Below, one piece after another: positions 36,681-46,412 of a stretch of DNA of 64,000 nucleotides (position 1 is its first letter; every line of letters begins with the position of its first letter). Source of the DNA: Thermoproteota archaeon (GTDB lineage: Archaea; Korarchaeota; Korarchaeia; Korarchaeales; JAOZGB01). The notes beneath the pieces are model-generated. The model did no database searches. It saw nothing but the letters and a program-made list of their open reading frames with translations, and was not told where the DNA came from. The DNA is taken from positions 160,001 through 224,000 of the forward strand of contig JAVCBU010000012.1 of NCBI GenBank assembly GCA_037917685.1. The letters run 5' to 3'. The position numbers and the translations under genes were made by a program.

Positions 36681-37418
36681 ATGCCCTGGAAGTTAGGTAA
36701 AATTACTAGGAAAATATTAAGTTTGAGAGAGAAGGTTTCAATTGGGCTTATCGACCCGCTTAACGTTAGACTCAAACCCGTTATTAACAGCCTTATAGAG
36801 GTAACTAGGAGTGCAAGGTTAGATGACTTAAGACATGTTGGTCTAACTATCAACGGTGTCTCTGAGATTCTCCTTGAAAAGGTAAAATCTGGTGTAAGAA
36901 AGGCTAAAATTGCCCCCTACCCAGACCCTTTAAGATTTATCGGCATGATAGACATAAATGATCTAGTAGAATGTTTGAAATCGAATTGGAGACCTATCCT
37001 CTCCATCTCGGGCGTTGTTTCAGTTGACGTTCTGTACACTATGGTTATGTCCTTTTTTGACAAACCGGATAGGTTTGGCGAGAATTTGAAAACCATATTT
37101 CCAGGTGTTTTCAGAGGATACGAAGTTTACGAAAGACTTTCGGACGAGATTGAGAGGTTTAAGACTGAAACTTTAAGTAAAATCTCGGAGAAAGGCTACG
37201 CCGATCTCATGGATATTGTGGTTGTGGGGTCCTGGGAGGAAACTGTTAGAAGGGCTGCGTTAGTCAATTTTCTGCTGGACTCTGGAGATCTGCAACTTGT
37301 AAAGAGGGGGGATAAAGCCGTCCTTGTCCTTGGGAAGCGGTATAGAGATAAAAAGGACTCATGGGCTAGAGTATGGGTTGTAAGAAGGAAGCATAACAGG
37401 ATTGAAATAGTGGTATAA
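36681..37418 (+). CDS. Putative kleisin-like (ScpA/Nse4-related) protein, 245 aa
   Basis: ATG 36681; GLIDPLNVRL...DLRHVGLTINGVSEILLEK resembles the kleisin N-domain; DIVVVGSWEETVRRAALVNFLLDSGDLQL resembles the kleisin C-terminal winged helix. Confidence 0.55.
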   Translation: MPWKLGKITRKILSLREKVSIGLIDPLNVRLKPVINSLIEVTRSARLDDLRHVGLTINGVSEILLEKVKSGVRKAKIAPYPDPLRFIGMIDINDLVECLKSNWRPILSISGVVSVDVLYTMVMSFFDKPDRFGENLKTIFPGVFRGYEVYERLSDEIERFKTETLSKISEKGYADLMDIVVVGSWEETVRRAALVNFLLDSGDLQLVKRGDKAVLVLGKRYRDKKDSWARVWVVRRKHNRIEIVV

Positions 37419-37483
37419 ATAGGTTCAGTGATCATTGAACCATCAGATAAATTTAAAAAGACATGGCTGGTAAGGTTTAAAAG

Positions 37484-38101
37484 ATGGCTTCTGAAGCTCC
37501 ATTTCATGTTTTCACAATAGATGATGAGAGAATTGAGATATTAGCTAAAGAACTCTCTAACGAGACAGGGAGAAAGATATTGGTTGAGCTTTCGACAGGT
37601 TCGAAGACTGCTAGTGAACTTGCAAGAAAACTTTCCCTCCCGATGCCTACTGTCCTTTTCCACATTGAAAGGCTTGTTCAGGCAGGGCTAATAGAAGTCG
37701 AAGCTGTCAGAGCTGGAAGCAGAGGACGTGTCAAGATCTATACGTCTTCACCTAAAGCCATACTATTAATTACAAGTAGAGGAGAGCCCAGAGAGGTTTT
37801 AAAAAAAGTTTATGACCATTTTATTAGGTCATTCGATAGGCTTTTGAGAATGCCAGTGTTAGCCACCACTCTACTACTGGTGGCATTAACTTTGTTTGCA
37901 GGGTTCTCTCGTTATGCAAATTTACAGGTTTACCCGGAGAAGGTTGCAGCTCCTGAAAAATATGGTGGCGAAAGGGATTTATCTCAGGTATCAGCCCAAC
38001 AAGCTGGGTACGGTTTGTTGGAGATTGCTGGAGCATGCATAATTTCCATGCTAGCTACGCTCTTAGCTGTAAAGATAGCTGTGAGAAGGGCGAATTTCTA
38101 G
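37484..38101 (+). CDS. ArsR-family HTH regulator with two C-terminal TM helices
   Basis: LSNETGRKIL..L...KTASELARKL......V.FHIERL..AGLI; two hydrophobic helices. Confidence 0.8.
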   Translation: MASEAPFHVFTIDDERIEILAKELSNETGRKILVELSTGSKTASELARKLSLPMPTVLFHIERLVQAGLIEVEAVRAGSRGRVKIYTSSPKAILLITSRGEPREVLKKVYDHFIRSFDRLLRMPVLATTLLLVALTLFAGFSRYANLQVYPEKVAAPEKYGGERDLSQVSAQQAGYGLLEIAGACIISMLATLLAVKIAVRRANF

Positions 38102-39279
38102 TCTTCGCGTAGAATAGTTTTCGTGAATGTAGAAAGAAGGGTTGCAGACGTCAAAGAAGTAATAGTGCTATAAATAAATGCTACAGTTACGCCGTATGAG
38201 TCCCAGAGAAAGCCAAATACAATGTTAGCAATTAAAGTGAAACATCCTACAACTAGATAGTAGACTCCATAGGCGGTGGCCCTTACATGAGGCTGAGATA
38301 GATTTGAAACAAGTGCTCGCTGAACTGTTTCTAGCATCCCTAGATAGAATCCATAGATGGCTGCCACCAATATAGAGACATATACTGTAGGGCCGCACAA
38401 TCCAGCTATTAGAGAGGATGCTGAAAACAGCATATATGTCAATACTAAGGTTTTGAGCCCACCCATCTTATCTGCTAAGATGCCGGATGGTATTCCGGCT
38501 ATTGTATGAGCTATATTTAAGCCAGCGTAGAGTAAGGGTATCGCTGCGACTTCTATACCCGACAGTCTTGCCCGTAAGAGGATAAATGAGAATCCATACG
38601 AGCCAAGGGTGAAAAGTGCGACAATAACAAGGAAGATTCTATATCCTCCGTAAAGCACTTCTCTGACGTTTGATATAAGATTCTGTTTTTTAGGTGCAGC
38701 CCTTTTAACCTCTTTAACGAAGAACAGTAGTATGAGCAGGGCTGCAAGACCAGGTATAAGTGATGCTAGGAATACACCTCTAAAATATATCACTGGCAAT
38801 AGTAGGGAGGCGAGTGCGGGGCCAACTATAGCCCCCATTTGATCTAAGGTTCTGTGAATGCCAAAAGCTCTTCCAACCATTCCCTTCCTAGCCGATTCCG
38901 ACAGTAAGGCGTCTCTAGCTGAGGTTCTAATGCCTTTTCCGACTCTATCCATGGACCTTACAAGTAGAGCCTGTGTCCACGTATTCGTAAATGCAAACAA
39001 TGGTTTGGAAAAGTTTGAGACCGCATATCCAAGTATGACTATCCTTTTCCTCACACCAAGAATATCGGATATTACGCCTGAGAAAACCCTGAAAAGATAG
39101 TTAAGTAAGTCGGCTACTCCTTCTATTAATCCAACTATTACTCTGCTCCCACCTAACTGCTCAACTATGAAAACAGGCAAGAGTCCAAGGATCATTTCAG
39201 TTGAAAAATCGGTGAAGAAACTCACAAGGCCAAGTGCGATAATATTCCCAAAGCCGGGTTTCTCACCGTTCTCTTCCAC
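38098..39279 (-). CDS. MFS transporter
   Basis: VSFFTDFSTEM, DRVGKGIRTSARDAL, GIHRTLDQMGA; ~12 TM. Confidence 0.9.
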   Translation of the reverse strand: MEENGEKPGFGNIIALGLVSFFTDFSTEMILGLLPVFIVEQLGGSRVIVGLIEGVADLLNYLFRVFSGVISDILGVRKRIVILGYAVSNFSKPLFAFTNTWTQALLVRSMDRVGKGIRTSARDALLSESARKGMVGRAFGIHRTLDQMGAIVGPALASLLLPVIYFRGVFLASLIPGLAALLILLFFVKEVKRAAPKKQNLISNVREVLYGGYRIFLVIVALFTLGSYGFSFILLRARLSGIEVAAIPLLYAGLNIAHTIAGIPSGILADKMGGLKTLVLTYMLFSASSLIAGLCGPTVYVSILVAAIYGFYLGMLETVQRALVSNLSQPHVRATAYGVYYLVVGCFTLIANIVFGFLWDSYGVTVAFIYSTITSLTSATLLSTFTKTILRED

Positions 39280-39333
39280 GTTTTATGATTGATCTGAATA
39301 AAGTAATAACAGTTTTTATCAGTAATTTTCCAA

Positions 39334-40146
39334 TCATGTGAATTTGACGACAGACATGAGCTCTTTAATTCTAGCCCTTAACGTGACCTCTGTCACACCA
39401 GTAGCTACTGCAACGTCTTTCTGCCTGAGCTTCTCGCCATGCATCTGGGCTGCTATATAGAGAGATGCTGCTGCTATACCGTAAGGATTTCTACCTGGAG
39501 GTAGATGCTTCTCAGCCTTCCTAGCTATCTTAACCGCCTCGGATACAACACGATAATCTATTATAAGTTTCGAACTAACGTTGTAAACAATATTTTCAAT
39601 CCTTGGTGGAAGCGTCCTTATCCGGAGTTTCGACGCTAGAAGCCTGAAAGTCTTCCCCAGCCTTTTCGGATTTACGTCAAAGGCCTCAGCGATGCTCTCA
39701 ACCGAGATAGGGTGCCCTGAACGCCTGCATGCTGCGTAGGTGGATGCAGCAAGCACAACCCGGATATTCCTCCCAGATGTCATTTTAAGACTTACAGCTC
39801 TCCTATAAATGTGTACCGCATCCTGAATGATATGCTTAGGGAGGTTAAGCTTAGAAGCATTTCTTGATAGGATTTTAACAGCTCTTTGAAGCTTCTTTTC
39901 CGTGGAGGTTCTACTCCTGACTTGGGCCATTATCAGCCTTGAATCTCCGACCCCGGTGGAAAGGCCGAATCCGGCTTTTCCTATTGATATTGGTGGTCCT
40001 GTTCTTGCCTGTTCGAATCCGTACTCCTCAGGGGCCTGAGAAACCATGTGTTCCTGAAGTACGGTCCCACAGTTAGCACACACTAGCTCTCCAAGCTCCG
40101 GATACGCTACTAGTTTTTTACTGCCGCACTTTGGACATTTATCCAT
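39334..40146 (-). CDS. tfb: Transcription initiation factor IIB paralogue
   Basis: CPKC..CANCG zinc ribbon, two cyclin folds (GRNI..AA..Y.ACR; GRNP.GIAAASLYIA), GVTEVTLR. Confidence 0.88.
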   Translation of the reverse strand: MDKCPKCGSKKLVAYPELGELVCANCGTVLQEHMVSQAPEEYGFEQARTGPPISIGKAGFGLSTGVGDSRLIMAQVRSRTSTEKKLQRAVKILSRNASKLNLPKHIIQDAVHIYRRAVSLKMTSGRNIRVVLAASTYAACRRSGHPISVESIAEAFDVNPKRLGKTFRLLASKLRIRTLPPRIENIVYNVSSKLIIDYRVVSEAVKIARKAEKHLPPGRNPYGIAAASLYIAAQMHGEKLRQKDVAVATGVTEVTLRARIKELMSVVKFT

Positions 40147-40185
40147 CAGATTCTAGTGCCAGGTAAAGTTTAAAATAATGTATAT

Positions 40186-41436
40186 TTAAACGCCTGTTTT
40201 TTCTACGTATCTTTTGATTGCCTTCTTGAAACATTCCATGGGAGCTCTGACGAGTCCTGCGCCTATCTGACCTACACCAGGTTCCTTGTGCGCGATTCCA
40301 GTGTTAATCCTAGGAGTGATCCCTGTTTCAACAACCTTTAATAGATCTATCCCAGTCGGGGTTCCTCTAAAGTCTAACATGGGTATAGAAAAACTCGGAT
40401 TCTCTGTAACTGTGATTTCCCGCATTTCTCTCGTAGCGTTTAGAGCATCCCTTGGGCTGCCGCCTATGAACTGTACTATGGCTGGAGCCGCTGCCATGGC
40501 AAATCCACCAAGTCCAACCGTCTCTGTTATGGTGCTATCTCCGAGATCCGGGTTTGCATCTTTCTCCGAGTATCCCGGAAAGTATAAACCCTTCGGCATC
40601 GGCGCTGGAGCTGTAAACCACTCGTCGTTTAATCCACTAATCCTAATTCCAAATTCTACGCCGTTCCTCGACATCGCAGTGACGACTGTAGAATATTCTA
40701 CGCCAGCCATTTGATCAGCCATTGACTTGCACGCAGCCATCGAGAGGTTTAGAAAGAAATGCGGGTTTCCCTTTATGAAGTTTACGACGTCATTTATGAT
40801 TTTCTTTTCAAGAGTGGTACATAACAAGAGAGACGTGATTTCAGATAGGAACAAGCTTGTAGCAGCAACGTTACGGTTGTGACATTCATCACCCATATGT
40901 AATGCTTTGACTATTATCTGCTTTAGATCTACCTTCCCAATCCTTAGCGCTTCCCTTAGCGCAGGATATAGTGTCTCCTCCATCCATTTTAGCCTGTCAA
41001 TAACGTCCCCGCTGTAAGCCCCGAATCTTAAGACCTTCCCAAGGCCTTCATTCATTGTACAAAAAGCTTTATTCCCGTAAGCCTCGTTTTCTACGATGAA
41101 CACAGGCATTGAAGGTGAGGCTATCCCTGTCATCGGGCCAACCGTACTATGATGATGACATGGCTCGAACTTTATCTCTCCGGACCCGGCAAGTTTTACA
41201 GCATCCTCATAGCTCTCTGCTCTACCCTCGTAAATCAGCGCGCCAGCTATAGCACCTTTCATCGGGCCGCACATTCTATCCCAGCTTATGGGAGGCCCTG
41301 CGTGGAGTATCATATCGCTCTTCATGCCCGGAATAACTTCAGCTGCCTTCCCAACCCCGACAAGAACGGGTTTTGACTTCAGAAGTCTTTCCACTGCTGT
41401 ATCATTCGCTTCTCTAATCCTTTCCATCATACTCAT
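40186..41436 (-). CDS. DUF1116 family (YlbE/YahG, oxamate carbamoyltransferase subunit-like)
   Basis: HAGPP, PCHH..VGPM.G, NEGLGKVLRFGA, MGDECHNRN, D.GDS.ITE..G.GGF, INTGIAHK. Confidence 0.85.
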   Translation of the reverse strand: MSMMERIREANDTAVERLLKSKPVLVGVGKAAEVIPGMKSDMILHAGPPISWDRMCGPMKGAIAGALIYEGRAESYEDAVKLAGSGEIKFEPCHHHSTVGPMTGIASPSMPVFIVENEAYGNKAFCTMNEGLGKVLRFGAYSGDVIDRLKWMEETLYPALREALRIGKVDLKQIIVKALHMGDECHNRNVAATSLFLSEITSLLLCTTLEKKIINDVVNFIKGNPHFFLNLSMAACKSMADQMAGVEYSTVVTAMSRNGVEFGIRISGLNDEWFTAPAPMPKGLYFPGYSEKDANPDLGDSTITETVGLGGFAMAAAPAIVQFIGGSPRDALNATREMREITVTENPSFSIPMLDFRGTPTGIDLLKVVETGITPRINTGIAHKEPGVGQIGAGLVRAPMECFKKAIKRYVEKTGV

Positions 41437-41440
41437 CAGC

Positions 41441-42202
41441 CTACTCCTCTAGGAAGGCTACAACCCTGCAGAAGGCAGCCTCGCCTCCTCTAAATCTCCA
41501 TGGGAAGCATCCTACAGTCACCCTCCTGTTTAAAACCTTATCAATGTCTCCTCCAAGGTTTTCAACATGTATCAGGCCATGGGGAAAGAGTTTTGTGTGC
41601 ATTAGCTGATAGTCTTCAACGGGAAATATCTCGTCCAGCGGTTTACCGAGCTTTCTCTCGGCTTCAGCCGCGAGGTCTGGCCGTAGTTTCCTAATTATAG
41701 TGTTCATGGGGTGGTCAGCTGAGCCGCAGTCTACACCTATCCATCTGAGTTTCATTTTCAACGCCCACTCCGCAAATCTCCTGTCAGGGCCAGGGTGCTT
41801 GCAGAAATACGCTGTTTCATCAGCTTCTTTCTCGTACCATGCATATTTATGAAATCCGGTATGAATTATCAGAATGTCTCCCTCCCTCACTTCAACCTTC
41901 TTTGTTATGTGTTCAGGAGTGTAGATCTCGTATTCCCCTACTTCATCGCTAATGTCCACTATTGCAGCTGGGCCATAAAGTTTTTCGAGTGGTATAGATT
42001 CAACATCTCCCCCATGGGATACGAAATGTAAAGGAGCGTCTATATGGGTACCGCAGTGTAAGCTTGTTCTTATTTCCTGACCGTTAACTCTATGTTCAGC
42101 TATCCTTTTTATAAAGTATACCCGTGGTGCGGTATAAGTAGGCCACGGGGGGGTGAGAACACTCCAAGGCTGGGTGAGATCCACAAGTCTCATGGTCATC
42201 AC
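41441..42202 (-). CDS. Cyclase family metal-dependent amidohydrolase (kynurenine formamidase-like)
   Basis: HCGTHIDAPLHF, GVD.GSADHP, HVENLGG. Confidence 0.85.
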   Translation of the reverse strand: MMTMRLVDLTQPWSVLTPPWPTYTAPRVYFIKRIAEHRVNGQEIRTSLHCGTHIDAPLHFVSHGGDVESIPLEKLYGPAAIVDISDEVGEYEIYTPEHITKKVEVREGDILIIHTGFHKYAWYEKEADETAYFCKHPGPDRRFAEWALKMKLRWIGVDCGSADHPMNTIIRKLRPDLAAEAERKLGKPLDEIFPVEDYQLMHTKLFPHGLIHVENLGGDIDKVLNRRVTVGCFPWRFRGGEAAFCRVVAFLEE

Positions 42203-42288
42203 ACTCGCTATCGTAAGTTAAGCTTAAAAATTCTATCAATTCCGACGGAAACTATTTTAAGATTCAGCTGGATCTAATAGGAGGGCAT

Positions 42289-43299
42289 TTGAATAATTTG
42301 AATCTTAATTCGACAGCCAGACGAGTATTAAACTCTTTCCCCATAAAGACTGACCAGGTATTCCTTGAAGGGAGTTATGGCCTGTCAAAGCTTTACAGGG
42401 TAGGTGAACCATCGTGTGAAGGAGGAATATACATAATGGATTGCAGGGAAGGGATTGAAATATCGTGCCACCCATCAATCGTAGGTGAACGTCTTAGGGA
42501 TAAATGCCTGGTAATAGCCTCCTACTCATCCAAGTTTATAAGGGAAAAGTATGGTACACCCAGCACAGACTATATAATACTCGTAGATATTTTGAGGGGT
42601 GGCCCCGGCTATAGGCTTGCAGGCCCGCTGAGAAGCGTATTTAAAGACGTCTCTTTTAGAAGGGTGAAGATAAGACCTAGATATGTTGAACCATCTTACA
42701 TGGATCATTCAGGAGAGAAGAAGCTTATAGTCGAAGGATTAGATTTTAGGCAGATGCCTAGAGAGGGGAAGGCTTTGATTATAATGCCTGACACCGTTGC
42801 TAGTGGTAGAACTATGAAATTATGTTTGGAAGTTCTGATGGGTAGGATTGAAAACATTAGAGTTTCGAGTATAGTCATATACGGGTTTATATCTGAAAAA
42901 TTCACCCGTGAAATTCAGGATCTAGAATCCAAATATGGTGTTCCAGTAGGAGTAATAGGAATTGAGAATCTTACAGGACTTTCAAGCAATAACTATACTA
43001 TGCCTTATTATGGGTATGATCCATACTATAACTATAGTGCTGACAAAAGACTCGGCTGTCTAACAAGTATAGATATAATTAGGAGGGTTTGCAAGGAATA
43101 TGTACCATCAATGGACGAGCCGGGGGATTGGAATACAAGGCATATGGAACCCGAGATTTCAGGTCCTTCAGGAATTAAAACGCATCTGGAGTCTTCAAGG
43201 ATTGAACTTAGGAAAATCCTGAGGATAGCTGAACTGGAGCCCTACCAGAGAAGTATAGCTCTAAAAGAGCTTGAGGAGATAGAAAGACTTTTATCATGA
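42289..43299 (+). CDS. Divergent type I phosphoribosyltransferase (UPRTase-like)
   Basis: ILRGG and PRPP-loop-like IIMPDTVASGRT; upstream of dcd. Confidence 0.55.
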   Translation: MNNLNLNSTARRVLNSFPIKTDQVFLEGSYGLSKLYRVGEPSCEGGIYIMDCREGIEISCHPSIVGERLRDKCLVIASYSSKFIREKYGTPSTDYIILVDILRGGPGYRLAGPLRSVFKDVSFRRVKIRPRYVEPSYMDHSGEKKLIVEGLDFRQMPREGKALIIMPDTVASGRTMKLCLEVLMGRIENIRVSSIVIYGFISEKFTREIQDLESKYGVPVGVIGIENLTGLSSNNYTMPYYGYDPYYNYSADKRLGCLTSIDIIRRVCKEYVPSMDEPGDWNTRHMEPEISGPSGIKTHLESSRIELRKILRIAELEPYQRSIALKELEEIERLLS

Positions 43300-43348
43300 T
43301 GGCATAGCAGAAAAGTTAAAATGTTATACCGTCTAGCTGCAAGATTAC

Positions 43349-43894
43349 ATGATACTCTCAGACACTGAAATTGTTAAGGCTATAGAAAGTGGGGAAATAA
43401 GAATTATACCCTTCAAAAGGGAGATGTTAGGTCCGTGTTCTGTAGATCTTTCCTTGGATAGTGTTTTCGGCATATTTAAAACGTCTAGAACTGTTGACCC
43501 TGAAAATCACAGGAGTGTTGAGGAGAACCTTGAAATTATAAATACGGAGGACAAACCTTACATAATAAAACCCGGGGAATTTATACTCGCACGAACAAGG
43601 GAGAGGGTCGCTATATCTAAGTCTCTGGCAGCTACACTTGAAGGGAAGAGTAGCATTGCAAGACTCGGCCTCGTGGTCCACGCCGCTGGACTTGTAAATC
43701 CTGGCACAGGACTATCCGAGCCAGTACCACTAGTCTTGGAGATTTTCTGTCAGAATAGGTCTCCCGTGGTGCTTCACCCTGGAATGGGTATAATTCAGAT
43801 AATATTCCATAGATTAGGCGAGCCTGCAAGTATAGGATATGACGAGAGGCCCAGCTCCCGGTTCAGTGGAAGGAAGGGTTTAAGGCTGATCTAA
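43349..43894 (+). CDS. dcd: dCTP deaminase
   Basis: MILSD, SVDLSL, PGEFILA.T.E, EGKSSIARLGL, LEI, PGM.IIQ. Confidence 0.85.
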   Translation: MILSDTEIVKAIESGEIRIIPFKREMLGPCSVDLSLDSVFGIFKTSRTVDPENHRSVEENLEIINTEDKPYIIKPGEFILARTRERVAISKSLAATLEGKSSIARLGLVVHAAGLVNPGTGLSEPVPLVLEIFCQNRSPVVLHPGMGIIQIIFHRLGEPASIGYDERPSSRFSGRKGLRLI

Positions 43895-43895
43895 C

Positions 43896-45104
43896 TTGGA
43901 AGGAAATAAGGGGAGGAGAACTCTAATAACATTATACTTCATCTCTGCATTCTCCTCCTTCTCAAACATGCTTTATCAGTCTTACATAAACGTCTATGCC
44001 GTCTATGCCGGGTTAAAATATCAAGAGATGGGTTGGATGAGGGCTCTCAGAAACCTTGCCTCATCCTTGTTGCCTGTGTACTCTGGGAGAGAGGCTGATG
44101 TGAAAGGTAGAAAGCCTATGATAATAATCGGATACACACTCGTCGGAATGATGATTCTACTGCTCGTGCTCCACCCAACTGTTTCAACATTGATTTTAGG
44201 AACTTTGCTTATTGCTATGGGATACTCCGTAGCAGCGCCAGCATGGGCTGGTCTAATAGGCGATTATACAGTTAGAGGCAAGCGAGGAGAAGTTATAGGA
44301 AAGGTCGGAGCAGTCGGCCAAGCATCTAGCATAGCCTCAACGGTGATAGTGGCATTCCTCACCTATAGAAGTAGAGAGACCTATGGAGAGCTCTTAGCGG
44401 TACCTCTCATACTCTCCGGCTTGTTTTCGTTTGCATCAGCTTTGGTTACATTAATGGTGCAGGAAAGGATACATGATAGTGGTGTAAAAAGGTTTTCCAC
44501 GGTAGAATTAAGGAATTTGTTAGAGAATAGATATTTCAGGAGATTTGTATTACTTGGGGCTTTAAATTTCTTCACTATGTCCATCGCATGGTCGGGCTTC
44601 CCTTACGTACTTTCCGAGTTGACCTTAAATCAGGCTTGGAGAATCGCTGTTTTATGGAGCTCGTGGAGCCTAACCGGGGCCCTAACCCAGAAGTGGATTG
44701 GAAAAATAACAGACGAAAGAGGAAAAAGGCTTGTCTTACTTTCAGGCTGGGTTTTAACTTCAACACTTCCTGCCTCATATGCAGCAGCCAGAAACTGGGT
44801 GCATTTGATAGCTGTCCACCTTGCTGGTGGTGTAATATGGTCCATGGTTAACATTGCACAAATGTCTTATATTCTGGATTCAGCAACGGGAAACAGGATG
44901 GCAAGCTGCTCAGCCGTATTTAACATGGTAACAGGGCTTACAGGTTTTGTTGGCTCACTAATAGGTGGCTATATTATGAGTATGTTTCCGGGCTGCTGGA
45001 TTATGGATCCAACAAGGTTTGTTCTTATGTTATCAGCCGGCCTGAGAGTTGCCTCAGGCCTGACATATCTCAGCCTAAAAGAACCCACACAGATAGCTGT
45101 CTAG
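43896..45104 (+). CDS. MFS transporter
   Basis: G..AD..GRK and GKITDERGKR loop motifs; ~12 TM. Confidence 0.85.
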   Translation: MEGNKGRRTLITLYFISAFSSFSNMLYQSYINVYAVYAGLKYQEMGWMRALRNLASSLLPVYSGREADVKGRKPMIIIGYTLVGMMILLLVLHPTVSTLILGTLLIAMGYSVAAPAWAGLIGDYTVRGKRGEVIGKVGAVGQASSIASTVIVAFLTYRSRETYGELLAVPLILSGLFSFASALVTLMVQERIHDSGVKRFSTVELRNLLENRYFRRFVLLGALNFFTMSIAWSGFPYVLSELTLNQAWRIAVLWSSWSLTGALTQKWIGKITDERGKRLVLLSGWVLTSTLPASYAAARNWVHLIAVHLAGGVIWSMVNIAQMSYILDSATGNRMASCSAVFNMVTGLTGFVGSLIGGYIMSMFPGCWIMDPTRFVLMLSAGLRVASGLTYLSLKEPTQIAV

Positions 45105-45775
45105 GGGTTTGAATAGGCTGACGATTCTATTTTTCTAATGGCTATGGGGAGATCCCATATCCCATCTATTATAATGGTAGCTCCAGCTCTCTCCAGTTTC
45201 TCCACAATTTCATGACCGGTTTTTACAGCTATCCCGATTACTCCGGCATTCTTTGCAGACATCATATCTATCCAGTAGTCCGCGACGAAAACCGCTTCTT
45301 CGGGTTTAACGTTGAAGTCTGATAATATCCTTTTAAGTAGGCTTGTTCTTGACCATAAATGCTCTCTGTCTGGGTCTACCATCTTCCTCGTGTAAACAGC
45401 GTCGAAGTATTTAAGCAAACCATAGGCTTCTAACTCAGCTTTAACGTCTTCCGGGGTACATGTCCGGCCGGTTGCGACTACCAGTTTGAAACCCTCCTTC
45501 TTCAGTTTTTTAAGCACGGGGACGGCTCCTCTTATCACCTTATCTTCTGGGTGGACATAGTTACAGTATGATTTGCTGAATTCTTCCCAGAATCTCTCCT
45601 TTTCGTCGCCTATTAGAGAGTCCAATGTGTCAAACCTGTAATGCGTGAAGAAGGTCTCCCAGTCTACAGGTGGCCTGCCATGTCTTAATAGGAGCATGTT
45701 AAATATCTCATAGAACCTCTTTATAGTGTCGGTCAATGTCTGATCTAAGTCTAGAATTACAAGTTTTATGGGCAT
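45101..45775 (-). CDS. HAD-superfamily hydrolase (phosphatase)
   Basis: LDLDQTLTD, ATGR, VFVADYWIDM..AKNAG. Confidence 0.85.
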   Translation of the reverse strand: MPIKLVILDLDQTLTDTIKRFYEIFNMLLLRHGRPPVDWETFFTHYRFDTLDSLIGDEKERFWEEFSKSYCNYVHPEDKVIRGAVPVLKKLKKEGFKLVVATGRTCTPEDVKAELEAYGLLKYFDAVYTRKMVDPDREHLWSRTSLLKRILSDFNVKPEEAVFVADYWIDMMSAKNAGVIGIAVKTGHEIVEKLERAGATIIIDGIWDLPIAIRKIESSAYSNP

Positions 45776-45845
45776 GCATGGTATTAAGAGCTGGTTTATA
45801 ATAAGAATGGTACTTTTAAACCTGCCCAGAGACCACTTATCTTAT

Positions 45846-46361
45846 ATGAAAGTTGTCGATGAGAGAATAGTCTTAGAAGGAAAATCTTTCAGTTTTGCAG
45901 TTTATAGGGTTCAAACTCGCACAGGGAAAATATTGGAGAGGCTTGTTGTTAAACATCCAGGCTGTGTAGTTATAATACCATATGAGGACGGCTATCTATA
46001 CCTTATCCGACAATACAGGGCTGCTGCCGGCGAATCCCTTATAGAGCTCCCAGCGGGAACCATAGAACAGGGTGAGAATCCTTTAGAATGTGCTAGAAGA
46101 GAGCTCAGGGAGGAAACTGGGCTTGAAGCGTTGAGCATCAGAAAAGTATTTACTGCGTACCTAGCCCCGGGATACAGTAGTGAAAAGGCGCATTTCTTCC
46201 TTGCAACATCATTTAAAAATGTGGACCGCAGTCCGGAGGAGGATGAGGAGATAGAGGTTGTAAGGATGAAATTGGATGAGGCCTACTTAAAGGTTTTGAA
46301 TGGTGGTTTCAAGGATGCGAAAACAATGCTTGGCATATTATGGCTGAAAAGTAGAGTCTAA
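45846..46361 (+). CDS. NUDIX hydrolase (ADP-ribose pyrophosphatase-like)
   Basis: HPG, RQYR, ELPAG..E.GE....ARRELREETG, DAKT; ATG 45846 preferred. Confidence 0.9.
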   Translation: MKVVDERIVLEGKSFSFAVYRVQTRTGKILERLVVKHPGCVVIIPYEDGYLYLIRQYRAAAGESLIELPAGTIEQGENPLECARRELREETGLEALSIRKVFTAYLAPGYSSEKAHFFLATSFKNVDRSPEEDEEIEVVRMKLDEAYLKVLNGGFKDAKTMLGILWLKSRV

Positions 46362-46412
46362 AGCCCTCTCCTGATCTTGGCAGGGATAAAATAAGAGTGG
46401 GGGTTTCCCCGC

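Noticed and set aside
36264-36853. Long mutual overlap of the 461-aa and 384-aa track ORFs
   Set aside because: Both are over-extended; plausible starts (36625 minus, 36681 plus) leave a normal 55-bp divergent promoter
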